Shown one piece after another: positions 23,958-32,208 of a DNA stretch of 36,336 nucleotides. The notes under the pieces were generated by a model. That model saw only the letters and a list, made by a program, of their open reading frames with translations. It made no database searches and was not told the origin of the DNA. Made by a program: the position numbers and the translations under genes. The number at the start of each line of letters is the position of its first letter. Position 1 is the first letter of the stretch. This stretch comes from Chthonomonadaceae bacterium (GTDB taxonomy: Bacteria; Armatimonadota; Chthonomonadetes; Chthonomonadales; Chthonomonadaceae). The stretch spans positions 1 through 36,336 of the forward strand of contig DASRGZ010000170.1 of NCBI GenBank assembly GCA_035650735.1, given 5' to 3'.

Positions 23958-24533
23958 ATGGCAGGAGAGAACATTCCCTGGCGGCATTCGCTGGAAGAGG
24001 CGCGTAATGAGGCCCGCCAGCAGAACAAGCTGGTGCTCATCGATCTGTTCAACCCCAATTGAGGGGGCTGCAAGACGATGGGTACCGTGACGTACCCCAA
24101 TCCCGAGGTGGAACGCTACATTCACCAGTATTTTGTTCCCGTCCAGTTCAATATCGTGGAACGGCCTGAGGTGATGGATCAGTTTAACTCCACCTGGACC
24201 CCCACGATTATCGTGCAAGATGCGGACGGGCGCGAACACCGCCGCGCGCAGGGCTACCTTGATCCGCAGCGGTTCCTGGGGGAGTTAGCGTTGGCGCGCG
24301 TCAAAGCGGCCATTGATCGGCATGACTACCAGGCCGCCCAGCAGCGCGCGCAGGAGGCTTTGGAAATGACGGAGGGCGATCCGGTACGCGAGCCGGAAGC
24401 GCTTTACTGGGCCTCGGTCGCCGACTACAAAGCCAGCAACGACGTCAACAAGCTGCTGCATGGATGGCGGGAACTGCTCAACGAGTTCCCGGAAAGCGAA
24501 TGGGCCAAGCGTGCCGAGTTCATCCGCGGCTAA
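23958..24533 (+). CDS. Thioredoxin-fold selenoprotein (UxxC) with C-terminal TPR-like helices, 191 aa with Sec35
   Basis: GGAGG RBS, ATG 23958, MAGENIPWRHSLEEARNEARQQNKLVLIDLFNPN-[TGA 24060-24062]-GGCKTM joins in frame the 151-aa ORF at 24078; WTPTII cis-Pro loop; PEALYW...EFPESEWAKRA. Confidence 0.9.
24063..24104 (+). promoter_or_regulatory. Bacterial SECIS-like hairpin
   Basis: GGGTAC (24080-24085) pairs with GTACCC (24092-24097); loop CGTGAC has G then U at positions 2-3 and starts 23 nt after the UGA. Confidence 0.7.
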
Positions 24534-24626
24534 GTTGCCGTGCCGCCAAAGTTGCGTAGAAACGACCTCTCGGAGAACTACCAATTTTGGTAGCGAACCG
24601 GCTTAGTGAACACAGCAGACGCAAAA

Positions 24627-24664
24627 GCGGGCGGTCCCGGAATCTTCCGGGACCGCTTGTTCTT
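24627..24664 (+). terminator. Intrinsic terminator after the selenoprotein gene
   Basis: GCGGTCCCGGAA/TTCCGGGACCGC inverted repeat followed by TTGTTCTT and preceded by AAAA. Confidence 0.75.
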
Positions 24665-24877
24665 GTCTGGGCAAGGGAACCACTCTGGCTCGATTAACTT
24701 CTGCCCTTTGCTTCTCTGTTGGGAGAAAATTCTCGACTCGCTCGTGCCGCTACCGAGGTCTGAGGAAGCTTCATGGCAGCCTCCCGAATCATTTCAAACT
24801 CAGTAACGTGCGGCGGCACGCCACCGTCTAAATGTCAGTAAACAGCCCAACACGACGGCCCGATAGAGGAGACCACC

Positions 24878-25474
24878 ATGAGAACAAAGTTCTTTCGGCT
24901 CGGTATAGTGCCGACATGCATCCTCCTGCTCTGCATTGCACTCCCTGCTTTTGCTCTCTGGGTGCAGATCCCCGTGACGGCCAACGGCATTTACGACGGC
25001 CAGCGCTTCACGATCAAGGTAACGGATCACGAGCAGTTCAAACAATTCCAGATCACCCTCGCCCCCGCCTCGAAGGAGGTCTCGCCGTTCCTGAATGGGA
25101 CGTTAAGCCTGATCGCCCAGGACCAATGGGTGGCCTCGGTCCCTGTGGCCGAGCATCGAGAAAAGGGGATCGTCACCTACACCTTTCGTGTCGTGCCGGG
25201 GGCGCTGGCGCAGTCCTCGTTTGAGATCAGCGCCAGCGCCTTTGCTCCTGCAAGGGGAGGCCCCAGCCCCTTTGGCACGGCGATGCTGGGCAAGCGGAAG
25301 GTGGAGCAGTTAATGGGAGGAACGATCTTTACGATCAAGTTGAGCGACTTCGCAACGCAGAAAAACCTGGGTTCTAACTGCCCCCTCTTCCCCGGTAAAG
25401 CCGGGAAGAAGGGCAGCGTGGCGGTCCAAGGTCGGGTGAGGACGAAACTTGCCTCCTCCCTCGCGTCGAAGTAG
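24878..25474 (+). CDS. Secreted hypothetical protein
   Basis: GAGGAG RBS; Sec signal ending PAFA; beta-rich mature region. Confidence 0.75.
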   Translation: MRTKFFRLGIVPTCILLLCIALPAFALWVQIPVTANGIYDGQRFTIKVTDHEQFKQFQITLAPASKEVSPFLNGTLSLIAQDQWVASVPVAEHREKGIVTYTFRVVPGALAQSSFEISASAFAPARGGPSPFGTAMLGKRKVEQLMGGTIFTIKLSDFATQKNLGSNCPLFPGKAGKKGSVAVQGRVRTKLASSLASK

Positions 25475-25511
25475 GCATCCCCACATTAAAACCGGGGATT
25501 TTCCCCAATAG

Positions 25512-25552
25512 ACCTCACCTCCGGCCCCTCTCCTTCGCAAGAAGAGGGGAGA
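25512..25552. repeat. REP-like hairpin copy
   Basis: ACCTCACCTCCGGCCCCTCTCCTTCGCAAGAAGAGGGGAGA, near-identical to 18807-18847. Confidence 0.8.
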
Positions 25553-25820
25553 AGCGTTTCATGCTCGGTGGTTCGCACCACGCAGCGAGGGCTGGCGAAA
25601 AAACTCAAAAGGCAGGTCTGGAGCGGGTTGCTTGCGTTTTTTGGCAAAAATGTGGCTTTTGGGGCCTGGTATCTCTAAGGAAGGCGCGTAAAATAGCCGA
25701 TACTATAAATGATTCGAGTTCACCTTCCTTCCTTGGGTGGCAGGCTTTGCTCTCCTTTACCTGCCGCCCTTTTTTCTTGCCTCCCGTAAGGCCCCGAATG
25801 AAGCTCTCGCACCGCTCTCC

Positions 25821-26315
25821 TCAGCGATAGTTGATAAACTCCACATCGTAGGGCAGGTTTTCCATGCTGCGCACCAACCGCTGCACGGCCTGCAGCGCGT
25901 CCTTCTCTTTGCTGGAGACACGCACTTGATCGCCCTGTAGCTGCGCCTGCGCCTTGATGCCCGACGCCTTGATCTGCTTGACGAGCGCCTTGGCCTCTTC
26001 GGTTGGAATGCCCTGGCGCAGAGTGACGACCTGGCGCACGGTGCCGTGCGCCGCCGGCTCAATCTTGCCGTATTGCAGGGCCTTGAGCGAGACGTTACGC
26101 TTGGCCAGCTTGCTGCGCAGGATATCCAGCACCATGTTCAGATGGAATTCATCGTCGGAGATAATCCGGATGGTATTGTCCTCCAACGCAAATGAGGTCT
26201 TGCTATTGCGGAAGTCGAAGCGGTTGGCGATCTCGCGCTCGGCCTGGTCCAGGGCGTTCTTAACCTCCGTCAGGTCCACTTTGGAGACGATATCGAACGA
26301 ATACTCCTGCGCCAT
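25821..26315 (-). CDS. yajQ: YajQ-family nucleotide/c-di-GMP-binding protein
   Basis: SFDIVSKVDLTEVKNALDQAEREIANRFDF, LRQGI, KAQAQLQGDQVRVS, DALQAV, FINYR. Confidence 0.96.
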   Translation of the reverse strand: MAQEYSFDIVSKVDLTEVKNALDQAEREIANRFDFRNSKTSFALEDNTIRIISDDEFHLNMVLDILRSKLAKRNVSLKALQYGKIEPAAHGTVRQVVTLRQGIPTEEAKALVKQIKASGIKAQAQLQGDQVRVSSKEKDALQAVQRLVRSMENLPYDVEFINYR

Positions 26316-27232
26316 CAGACCTTTTCTCCCAATTGCTCCTTGCAGCCGCGCAGCAGGCCATCCACGGCCAGCTTGAGCGAGGTCAGCGCGTCCTCGATCT
26401 GGCGCAGCTCGGTACGCGACAGGTTGGCCGGCTGGATGCCGGAGAGTGTGGGCAGGAAGTCGAGGATGCGCTGGGCGAGGGGCGACAGGCGCGCCGGCGC
26501 GCCGGCAACCTCGATGCTTTCCAGGAACTCCGCCGCCGGGTCGGCGCCCTGGAAAAACTTGACGAGATGGTCGGTGGGGCTCTCCAGGATCTCCTGGGCC
26601 TTGTCGGGCCGCTTCTTGAGGGCCTTGACCAGGTTGCCGGTGTCGTCGCTGGAGAGGCGCTCCTCGCGAATGCGCTCCACGACCGCCGATTGTAGCTCCG
26701 GCTCGTCGTTAAGCTGCTTGAGAAAGCGCGCGTGTTTTTCGGTGAGTTGGCCGTCGGCAGGGCGATTGGGGCTGGAGACAACGGCCTCGCCGATCTCTTC
26801 CGGCAGCGCCAGCAGGTCGAGCAGATAGCCTATGGTGCGCTCCGACAGGCCCAGGCGGCGGGCGACCTCGCGGTTGGTGGCGCCCAGCGCCTCCTTGACG
26901 TGCTGAATCGCCTTGGCTTTCTCAATCGGCTGCAGGTCTTCGCGCTGGAGGTTCTCGATAAGCTGCTCGGTCAGCCGCTCCTCGGCATCGAGCTCCTTGA
27001 CGATGCAGGGGATCGTGTCGAGATTGGCCATGAGGGCCGCGCGCCAGCGCCGTTCGCCGGTGATGATCTTGTAGCGGTTGACGTTATGCAGAGGCGTGAC
27101 GGTGATGGGATTGAGCATGCCATGCTGGCGGATGCTATCGGCCAGCCCGCGCAGACTCTCTTCGCTCTGGTGCTTGCGCGGCTGGTCGGGGTCTTCGACG
27201 ATCCGGTTGACTTCGATATGCTGGACGTTCAA
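26315..27232 (-). CDS. ParB/RepB/Spo0J-family protein with no adjacent parA
   Basis: DPDQPRK, LADSIRQHGMLNPITV, IITGERRWRAA, LIENLQREDL, HTH TNREVARRLGLSERTI. TTG 27232 follows GGAGG; TGA overlaps the yajQ ATG (TGATG). Confidence 0.9.
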   Translation of the reverse strand: MNVQHIEVNRIVEDPDQPRKHQSEESLRGLADSIRQHGMLNPITVTPLHNVNRYKIITGERRWRAALMANLDTIPCIVKELDAEERLTEQLIENLQREDLQPIEKAKAIQHVKEALGATNREVARRLGLSERTIGYLLDLLALPEEIGEAVVSSPNRPADGQLTEKHARFLKQLNDEPELQSAVVERIREERLSSDDTGNLVKALKKRPDKAQEILESPTDHLVKFFQGADPAAEFLESIEVAGAPARLSPLAQRILDFLPTLSGIQPANLSRTELRQIEDALTSLKLAVDGLLRGCKEQLGEKV

Positions 27233-27290
27233 AGCGGCAATGCCTCCATGAAGAAGTAGATAACACCTGTCTAGGCACGGGCGTCGGGCA

Positions 27291-27319
27291 ATTATAACAA
27301 AGCGAGGAAGATGTGTCAA
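27291..27319 (-). promoter_or_regulatory. Consensus sigma70 promoter with extended -10 for parB-like/yajQ
   Basis: TTGACA, 17-nt spacer ending TGT, TATAAT on the minus strand. Confidence 0.85.
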
Positions 27320-27386
27320 CACTCCCTGTCCATTCCGTGCGGCTAGGGCAGAGGCGGGCAGATCCGTTTTGCGACGGAATAGAATT

Positions 27387-27430
27387 CCTTCGCTGGAGGG
27401 CGCTACGCGCCCTCCAGCGAAGGGTTTTTA
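27387..27430. terminator. Perfect 17-bp hairpin (terminator or REP-like)
   Basis: CCTTCGCTGGAGGGCGC-TAC-GCGCCCTCCAGCGAAGG followed by GTTTTTA on the plus strand. Confidence 0.6.
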
Positions 27431-27461
27431 ACCCGTCGGTCAAAAGGTCCCCTTAAAGCGG

Positions 27462-28664
27462 CTAGGGCAGGGGCGCGGAGCGGGCTTGGCCCGTCGCTAT
27501 ATCTATAATCTCCAGGGCGCGCTTGCCCTCCTCAAAGCGGATCGCCGCCAGTTGCTTGCTATCCGGCGAGAAGGCGGGCAGGGTCATGGGGAAGGTCAGG
27601 CCCGTTAAGTCGGGGCCGGTCGGTGCGGGCGGCGCGGCATCGGGGGCCGATGGAGCGGCGGCGTTTGGCTTGGCTGCCGCGAGCGTCTGCCCGCGTCCGA
27701 GCAGGCGAACCTCCTTGCCCGTTAGGTCGCTGACGTAGAGCGCCACGCCGTTGGGGCCGGCTTCCGGCCCGCCGCGCGTGACGAAGGCAAAGTGGCTGCG
27801 GTCCGGGGCGAAAACGGCGGTAAGGACGGCCTCCACGGCGCGGCGGGGATGGGGATTGACGGCGGGCAGGACGGCGGGATAGTCTAATTTGCGCAGCTTG
27901 CGCGAGGAGAGCGCCAGCTCGTAGAGGGAGAAGATAATGTAGCGCGCGTTGCGGCTGCGCCGCACCCAGAGCACGCGCTCGCCATCGGCGGAGACCGTAA
28001 AGCCCAGCACGTCGCCGGTATTGCTGGTCAGACGCTCGACCTGGCCCTGATCGACGAGGTAGAGATCCGCGCGCTGGCCCTCGCCGCCGACCAGAACGAC
28101 GTTATCGGTATTGGGCACCCAGGCGATAGACTGAAGGTGCACTGCAGGCAGCGATGGGAAGGGCAGGTCCACCGTCAGCGCCGTGCCGCCGGTTCGGTAA
28201 TAGATGCGCATCTGCAGGCCGCCGTTCTCGGCCCGGCGCACGACGGCGAAGCTTTTGGAGTCGGGCGCCCAGCTTACGGGCGTGACCGCCGCTGCGTCCA
28301 TGACCGTGCTCTTCTGGGTGGCCAGGTCGAAGAGCCTCAATTTCTGGCCGTCGGCGAGATAGGCGAGGGTCTTGCCGTCGGGCGACCAGGCGGGAAAGGC
28401 GCTCTGGCCGGTGCCCGCAAGGGGGGCGATGGCGGGCGGTGGCGGAGGCGTGCCGGCGGGCGTGTTGGGAGCCGGTTGTCCGGCGTTGCTGAGAAGGGCG
28501 GAGACATCGGCCAGCGCCAGGGAGGGACCGCCGACGGCGATCTGGCGTCCGTCCGGCGACCAGTCCTGCGCCGGACAGGGGCGACCCGCGCAAAGGAGGA
28601 CGAGGGCCGCCAGGGCGCAAGCGCAGGCGCGAGAAAAGCTATCCGTTCGAGAATAAGTACACAT
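27462..28664 (-). CDS. Secreted TolB-like (PD40/WD40) beta-propeller protein
   Basis: Signal peptide; repeated WSPDGRQIA, PAWSPDGKTLAY, SWAPDSK, VSADGERV, FAPDRS, PAFSPDSKQLA. Confidence 0.85.
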   Translation of the reverse strand: MCTYSRTDSFSRACACALAALVLLCAGRPCPAQDWSPDGRQIAVGGPSLALADVSALLSNAGQPAPNTPAGTPPPPPAIAPLAGTGQSAFPAWSPDGKTLAYLADGQKLRLFDLATQKSTVMDAAAVTPVSWAPDSKSFAVVRRAENGGLQMRIYYRTGGTALTVDLPFPSLPAVHLQSIAWVPNTDNVVLVGGEGQRADLYLVDQGQVERLTSNTGDVLGFTVSADGERVLWVRRSRNARYIIFSLYELALSSRKLRKLDYPAVLPAVNPHPRRAVEAVLTAVFAPDRSHFAFVTRGGPEAGPNGVALYVSDLTGKEVRLLGRGQTLAAAKPNAAAPSAPDAAPPAPTGPDLTGLTFPMTLPAFSPDSKQLAAIRFEEGKRALEIIDIATGQARSAPLP

Positions 28665-28848
28665 TTTAGAGGAAACCTCGCGGTCTTTCTGTTGCGCACA
28701 ATAGAGGTTTTGCGCGCTATAGAGGCGGCTGGAAGTTCACCGCTAGTCAGGGAACCCAAGAAAAAGAAGATCCCACAATTGGAAAGTCAGGGCACAGAAG
28801 AACGCCGCTGGTTCGAGAACCTCTCGGTTGGCTTGTGGGCGTGTCCCC

Positions 28849-28877
28849 ATTATGGCGTGTGCGAGGCTGGCTGTCAA
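28849..28877 (-). promoter_or_regulatory. Sigma70-type promoter for the propeller gene
   Basis: TTGACA, 17-nt spacer, CATAAT on the minus strand. Confidence 0.75.
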
Positions 28878-28956
28878 GCGGGGATGGGCGCGCGGCAGGC
28901 TGCAAATAAAACTCCAAAAATGTTGCCAAATTATCGAACAATTTTACGAATATTGC

Positions 28957-28985
28957 TTGACAGTCCGTAGAGCAGGGTGTATAAT
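28957..28985 (+). promoter_or_regulatory. Consensus sigma70 promoter for the REC-HD-GYP gene
   Basis: TTGACA, 17-nt spacer, TATAAT, with an AT-rich tract upstream. Confidence 0.85.
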
Positions 28986-29052
28986 TTAGAACCTTCCCCT
29001 CCCTAGGGGTTGTCCAACGTCCATCCCTTTTGTCCCGAGGGAGCGTATACTG

Positions 29053-30174
29053 ATGATTTATCCGGCTTCGGCTCGCGACGCCGTCCCAACGTCACGAGCG
29101 ACGATACCGCCTGCGCTCATTGCTGCCGGGCCTGTTCCGTCTGCCCTCGATCCCGACGCCCTGTCCCCGCTGTCGGAACGAGGCGAGATGCCCCAGCGTG
29201 CGCCCCACACGACCCGCATCCTGATCGTAGATGACGACGAGTGGATACGGGATCTGCTGGCGCGCGTGCTGATGCGCAATGGCTATCAGGTGACCACCGC
29301 CCCCAGCGCCGAAGAGGCGCTTGTCCTGCTGCATCAGGCGCACTTTGACCTGCTCATCTCGGATATGATGTTGACGGGCATGAGCGGTCTGGATCTGACC
29401 CGCCACGTCGCCTACGCCCATCCCGATCTGCCTATCGTCCTCATTACCGCCCACGGCCACGCCGATCTGATGCGGGCCGCACTCCGGCAAGGCGCCACCG
29501 ATTTTATTGCCAAACCGTTTAACATTGAAACCATCCCCATCATCATCGAGCGCAACCTGGAACGTCACTCCCTGGAACGCGAGCGCATTCTGGAGCAAGA
29601 CAATCGGCTGATGTATAAGACGATCCAGGCGCTGGCTGCCGCGATTGACGCCAAGGAGCCGTTTACGGCCCAGCACTCGCGGCGGGTGGCGGCGCTGGCG
29701 GTGGCCGCCGCCAGGGTCATGCAGCTTCCCGATGCGGAGGTGCGCTACCTGGAGCTGGCCGCGCAGGTCCATGATGTCGGCAAAATCGGCACGCCCGACC
29801 ATATTCTTAACAAGCCCGGTCGGCTTAACGATGAGGAGTGGCAGGCGATGCGCCTCCATCCGGTGCAGGGCGCAGAGATTGTCGGCCGCGTCGAAGAGCT
29901 TGCCTACGTCGCCGATATCGTGCGCCACCACCACGAGTGGATCAATGGGGCCGGCTATCCGGACGGCTTGCGTGGTGAATCGATTCCTCTGCTTTCCCGC
30001 ATGATCTCTGTCGCCGATGCCTATGAAGTCATGACCTCGGATCGCGTTTACCATTCCCGCCTCCCCAGCGAAGAAGCGCTGCGCCGCCTGCAGGAGGCTG
30101 CAGGCGTCCAGTTCGATTCGGCGGTCGTACAGGCGTTCATACGGCTACAGCCAGGTTCACTGCTCCTCAAATAG
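29053..30174 (+). CDS. Response regulator with HD-GYP cyclic-dinucleotide phosphodiesterase domain
   Basis: REC: ILIVDDD, DLLISDMMLTGMSG, ITAH, FIAKPF. HD-GYP: HSRRVA, VHDVGKIG, HHEWINGAGYPDGL, VADAYEVMTSDRVY, GVQFD. Confidence 0.95.
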   Translation: MIYPASARDAVPTSRATIPPALIAAGPVPSALDPDALSPLSERGEMPQRAPHTTRILIVDDDEWIRDLLARVLMRNGYQVTTAPSAEEALVLLHQAHFDLLISDMMLTGMSGLDLTRHVAYAHPDLPIVLITAHGHADLMRAALRQGATDFIAKPFNIETIPIIIERNLERHSLERERILEQDNRLMYKTIQALAAAIDAKEPFTAQHSRRVAALAVAAARVMQLPDAEVRYLELAAQVHDVGKIGTPDHILNKPGRLNDEEWQAMRLHPVQGAEIVGRVEELAYVADIVRHHHEWINGAGYPDGLRGESIPLLSRMISVADAYEVMTSDRVYHSRLPSEEALRRLQEAAGVQFDSAVVQAFIRLQPGSLLLK

Positions 30175-30267
30175 CCCCTGCTCTTCCCCTCCCCGTGTTT
30201 ACCGGGACGCAGGCAGCGCCAATAGGAGCGAAATACTGTAGAGCAAGAATACTTGCAGCGCACCCCC

Positions 30268-30288
30268 GCCTGCGCCCCGGGCTTTTTT
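30268..30288 (+). terminator. Possible intrinsic terminator
   Basis: GCCTG-CGCCC-CGGGC followed by TTTTTT. Confidence 0.5.
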
Positions 30289-30437
30289 ACCCTGAGCGCA
30301 CACGCTCTGCTCTGTTTGGGAGAGAGTGCCTGCTGTAATTTGAAGCCAGGAAGTCAGGAAGTGCTGCTGACTCTAACGTTCCGTTGAGTTAGCGGAGCGG
30401 GCCAGCGGATGAGGGAACCTTTTACCCCCCCACGCAA

Positions 30438-30481
30438 AGTACCCTCGTAGTTTTCCAATTTCGGAAAACTACGAGGGTACT
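30438..30481. repeat. Perfect 19-bp inverted repeat between convergent genes
   Basis: AGTACCCTCGTAGTTTTCC-AATTTC-GGAAAACTACGAGGGTACT. Confidence 0.85.
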
Positions 30482-30588
30482 GCAAGGATGTGTTAGAGAG
30501 TGTCTGCTTATTCTGCAAGAGTGCCGGGTCTGCGAGGTCATCGCTCAGGCCAAAACCAGGCAAGGCTGCGGAATTTGTGCGTACACTC

Positions 30589-32049
30589 TTAGAGATTTTC
30601 CTCGGTGAGGGCGTCGGGCAGTTTGGAGGATGTGGGATCCAGGGGCGTATTGATGATAGCAGAATGGAAACGCGGAGCTGAGACCACGCGATTGCGGCCC
30701 GACCGCTTCGCCTCATAGAGCGCCATGTCCGCCAGCCGCAGGAGATTGGCCTCATCTTCGGCATCTACCGGATAGGTGGCGACGCCGATGCTGACGGTGA
30801 CGCCGATGGTGCCGTCCTGCGTGTCCTGGAAGGGCGTGCGCTCCACAGCCTGGCGAATGCGCTCCGCCACCAGAGCCGCGTCGGCTGCGCCCGTCTCCGG
30901 GCAGAGCACGACGAACTCCTCGCCGCCGTAGCGCGCCGGCAGGTCGGTATCGCGCAGGGAGGCGCGCAGCACCGAGGCCAGGTGCGCTAGCAGCCGGTCG
31001 CCCATCTGATGCCCGTAGCGGTCGTTGATCTGCTTGAAGCGGTCCAGGTCCAGCAGGAGCAGCGAGAGCGGGTGCTTGTAGCGGGTGGCACGCCGGACCT
31101 CTTCATCCAGCTGCGTTCGGAAGGCGCGGTAGTTCTTCAGGCCCGTCATGGCATCGGTATAGGCCATGCCGTGCAGGCGCTCCTGCTGAAGCGTTTTCTG
31201 CAAGGGGAAGGCGCTGCGCAGCGCAAAATCTTGCAGCAGGGTACGGTTTTCGGGCGTCAGCGCGTGCGGGCGGTCAAAGCCGATAAAGAGCACGCCCACC
31301 AGCGGATGGTTGGGAAGCGCCAGCGGGATAGCGGCGAACGAGCGCACGCCGGAGACCAGGCGGGCCAGCGGCGGCGCCTCGCCCCGTTCGACATCGCCGA
31401 CATAGACGGGGGAGTAGGAGCCCTCTCTGTTCACAACGCCCGCCGCCTCGGTCGAGAGGCGGGAGTATTTGAGCGGCCCCGCCGAGCCGTTGGAGCCGTA
31501 GGCGATCAGCAGGGCCGGCGATTCGTCGCGCAGGAAGACGGCGGCCACGTAGTAGGGATGGACCTGCGCCAGCGCCGAGAGGATGATGTCTACGGCGTCC
31601 TCCAGGCTGTTGCTGGTGTTGATCCAGAGCGAGAGGTTGAGGAGATTGTCGGCCTCCTCAAGCCGCCGCGCCAGCGCCCGCTGGTTTTGCTTGAGCTGGC
31701 GCGCGTACAGGCCCCCGATGACCGTGACCGTGTTGATGACCATGCCGCGCACGGTCGCGTTGATCAGGCGCGCGATGAACTCTGCCTCCCCAATGGCCCG
31801 GACGTTGTTATGCACCACCTCGAATTCGATGATGGCGGCGCTGATCACCAGGCCCAGCACCACCACGAACTCAAACTTACAGGCCAGGATCGCCAGGATC
31901 AGCGGCAGGAAGAGCAGGGGCATCAGGGGAGAGATGCCGCCCGCCGGCGGCACGGACATCACCAGCCAGCCGCACAATAGCGCCAGGCCGGATACCAGAA
32001 GATAAGGACGCGCCGCCATCAGGCGGGAAGAAAGCCGCTGCGGTATCAT
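30589..32049 (-). CDS. Membrane-anchored GAF-GGDEF diguanylate cyclase
   Basis: N-terminal TM helices; GAF (SFAAIPL...LVGVLFIG); TDAMTGLKN, DLDRFKQINDRYGHQMGD, RDTD I-site, ARYGGEEF, LYEAKRSGRN. Confidence 0.95.
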   Translation of the reverse strand: MIPQRLSSRLMAARPYLLVSGLALLCGWLVMSVPPAGGISPLMPLLFLPLILAILACKFEFVVVLGLVISAAIIEFEVVHNNVRAIGEAEFIARLINATVRGMVINTVTVIGGLYARQLKQNQRALARRLEEADNLLNLSLWINTSNSLEDAVDIILSALAQVHPYYVAAVFLRDESPALLIAYGSNGSAGPLKYSRLSTEAAGVVNREGSYSPVYVGDVERGEAPPLARLVSGVRSFAAIPLALPNHPLVGVLFIGFDRPHALTPENRTLLQDFALRSAFPLQKTLQQERLHGMAYTDAMTGLKNYRAFRTQLDEEVRRATRYKHPLSLLLLDLDRFKQINDRYGHQMGDRLLAHLASVLRASLRDTDLPARYGGEEFVVLCPETGAADAALVAERIRQAVERTPFQDTQDGTIGVTVSIGVATYPVDAEDEANLLRLADMALYEAKRSGRNRVVSAPRFHSAIINTPLDPTSSKLPDALTEENL

Positions 32050-32208
32050 AGGCGTTCACAGAGACTCACGGCAACCGGTGACTAGGGCGCAGGGAGAGAG
32101 CGGTTTCCGCCGGGAAGCAGCGGCCCTGGGACCTGCCCATAGACCCATCACAACCGAAACCAGAACGCGGGGGCCTGGACAGGAACGCCTGCGGGGCAGA
32201 CGGCGCGG

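Noticed and set aside
24060..24062. TGA as a plain nonsense mutation or Trp recoding
   Set aside because: It occupies the catalytic Cys position, is followed by a SECIS-like hairpin, the gene is otherwise intact, and TGA is a normal stop for pilT, apbE and argH.
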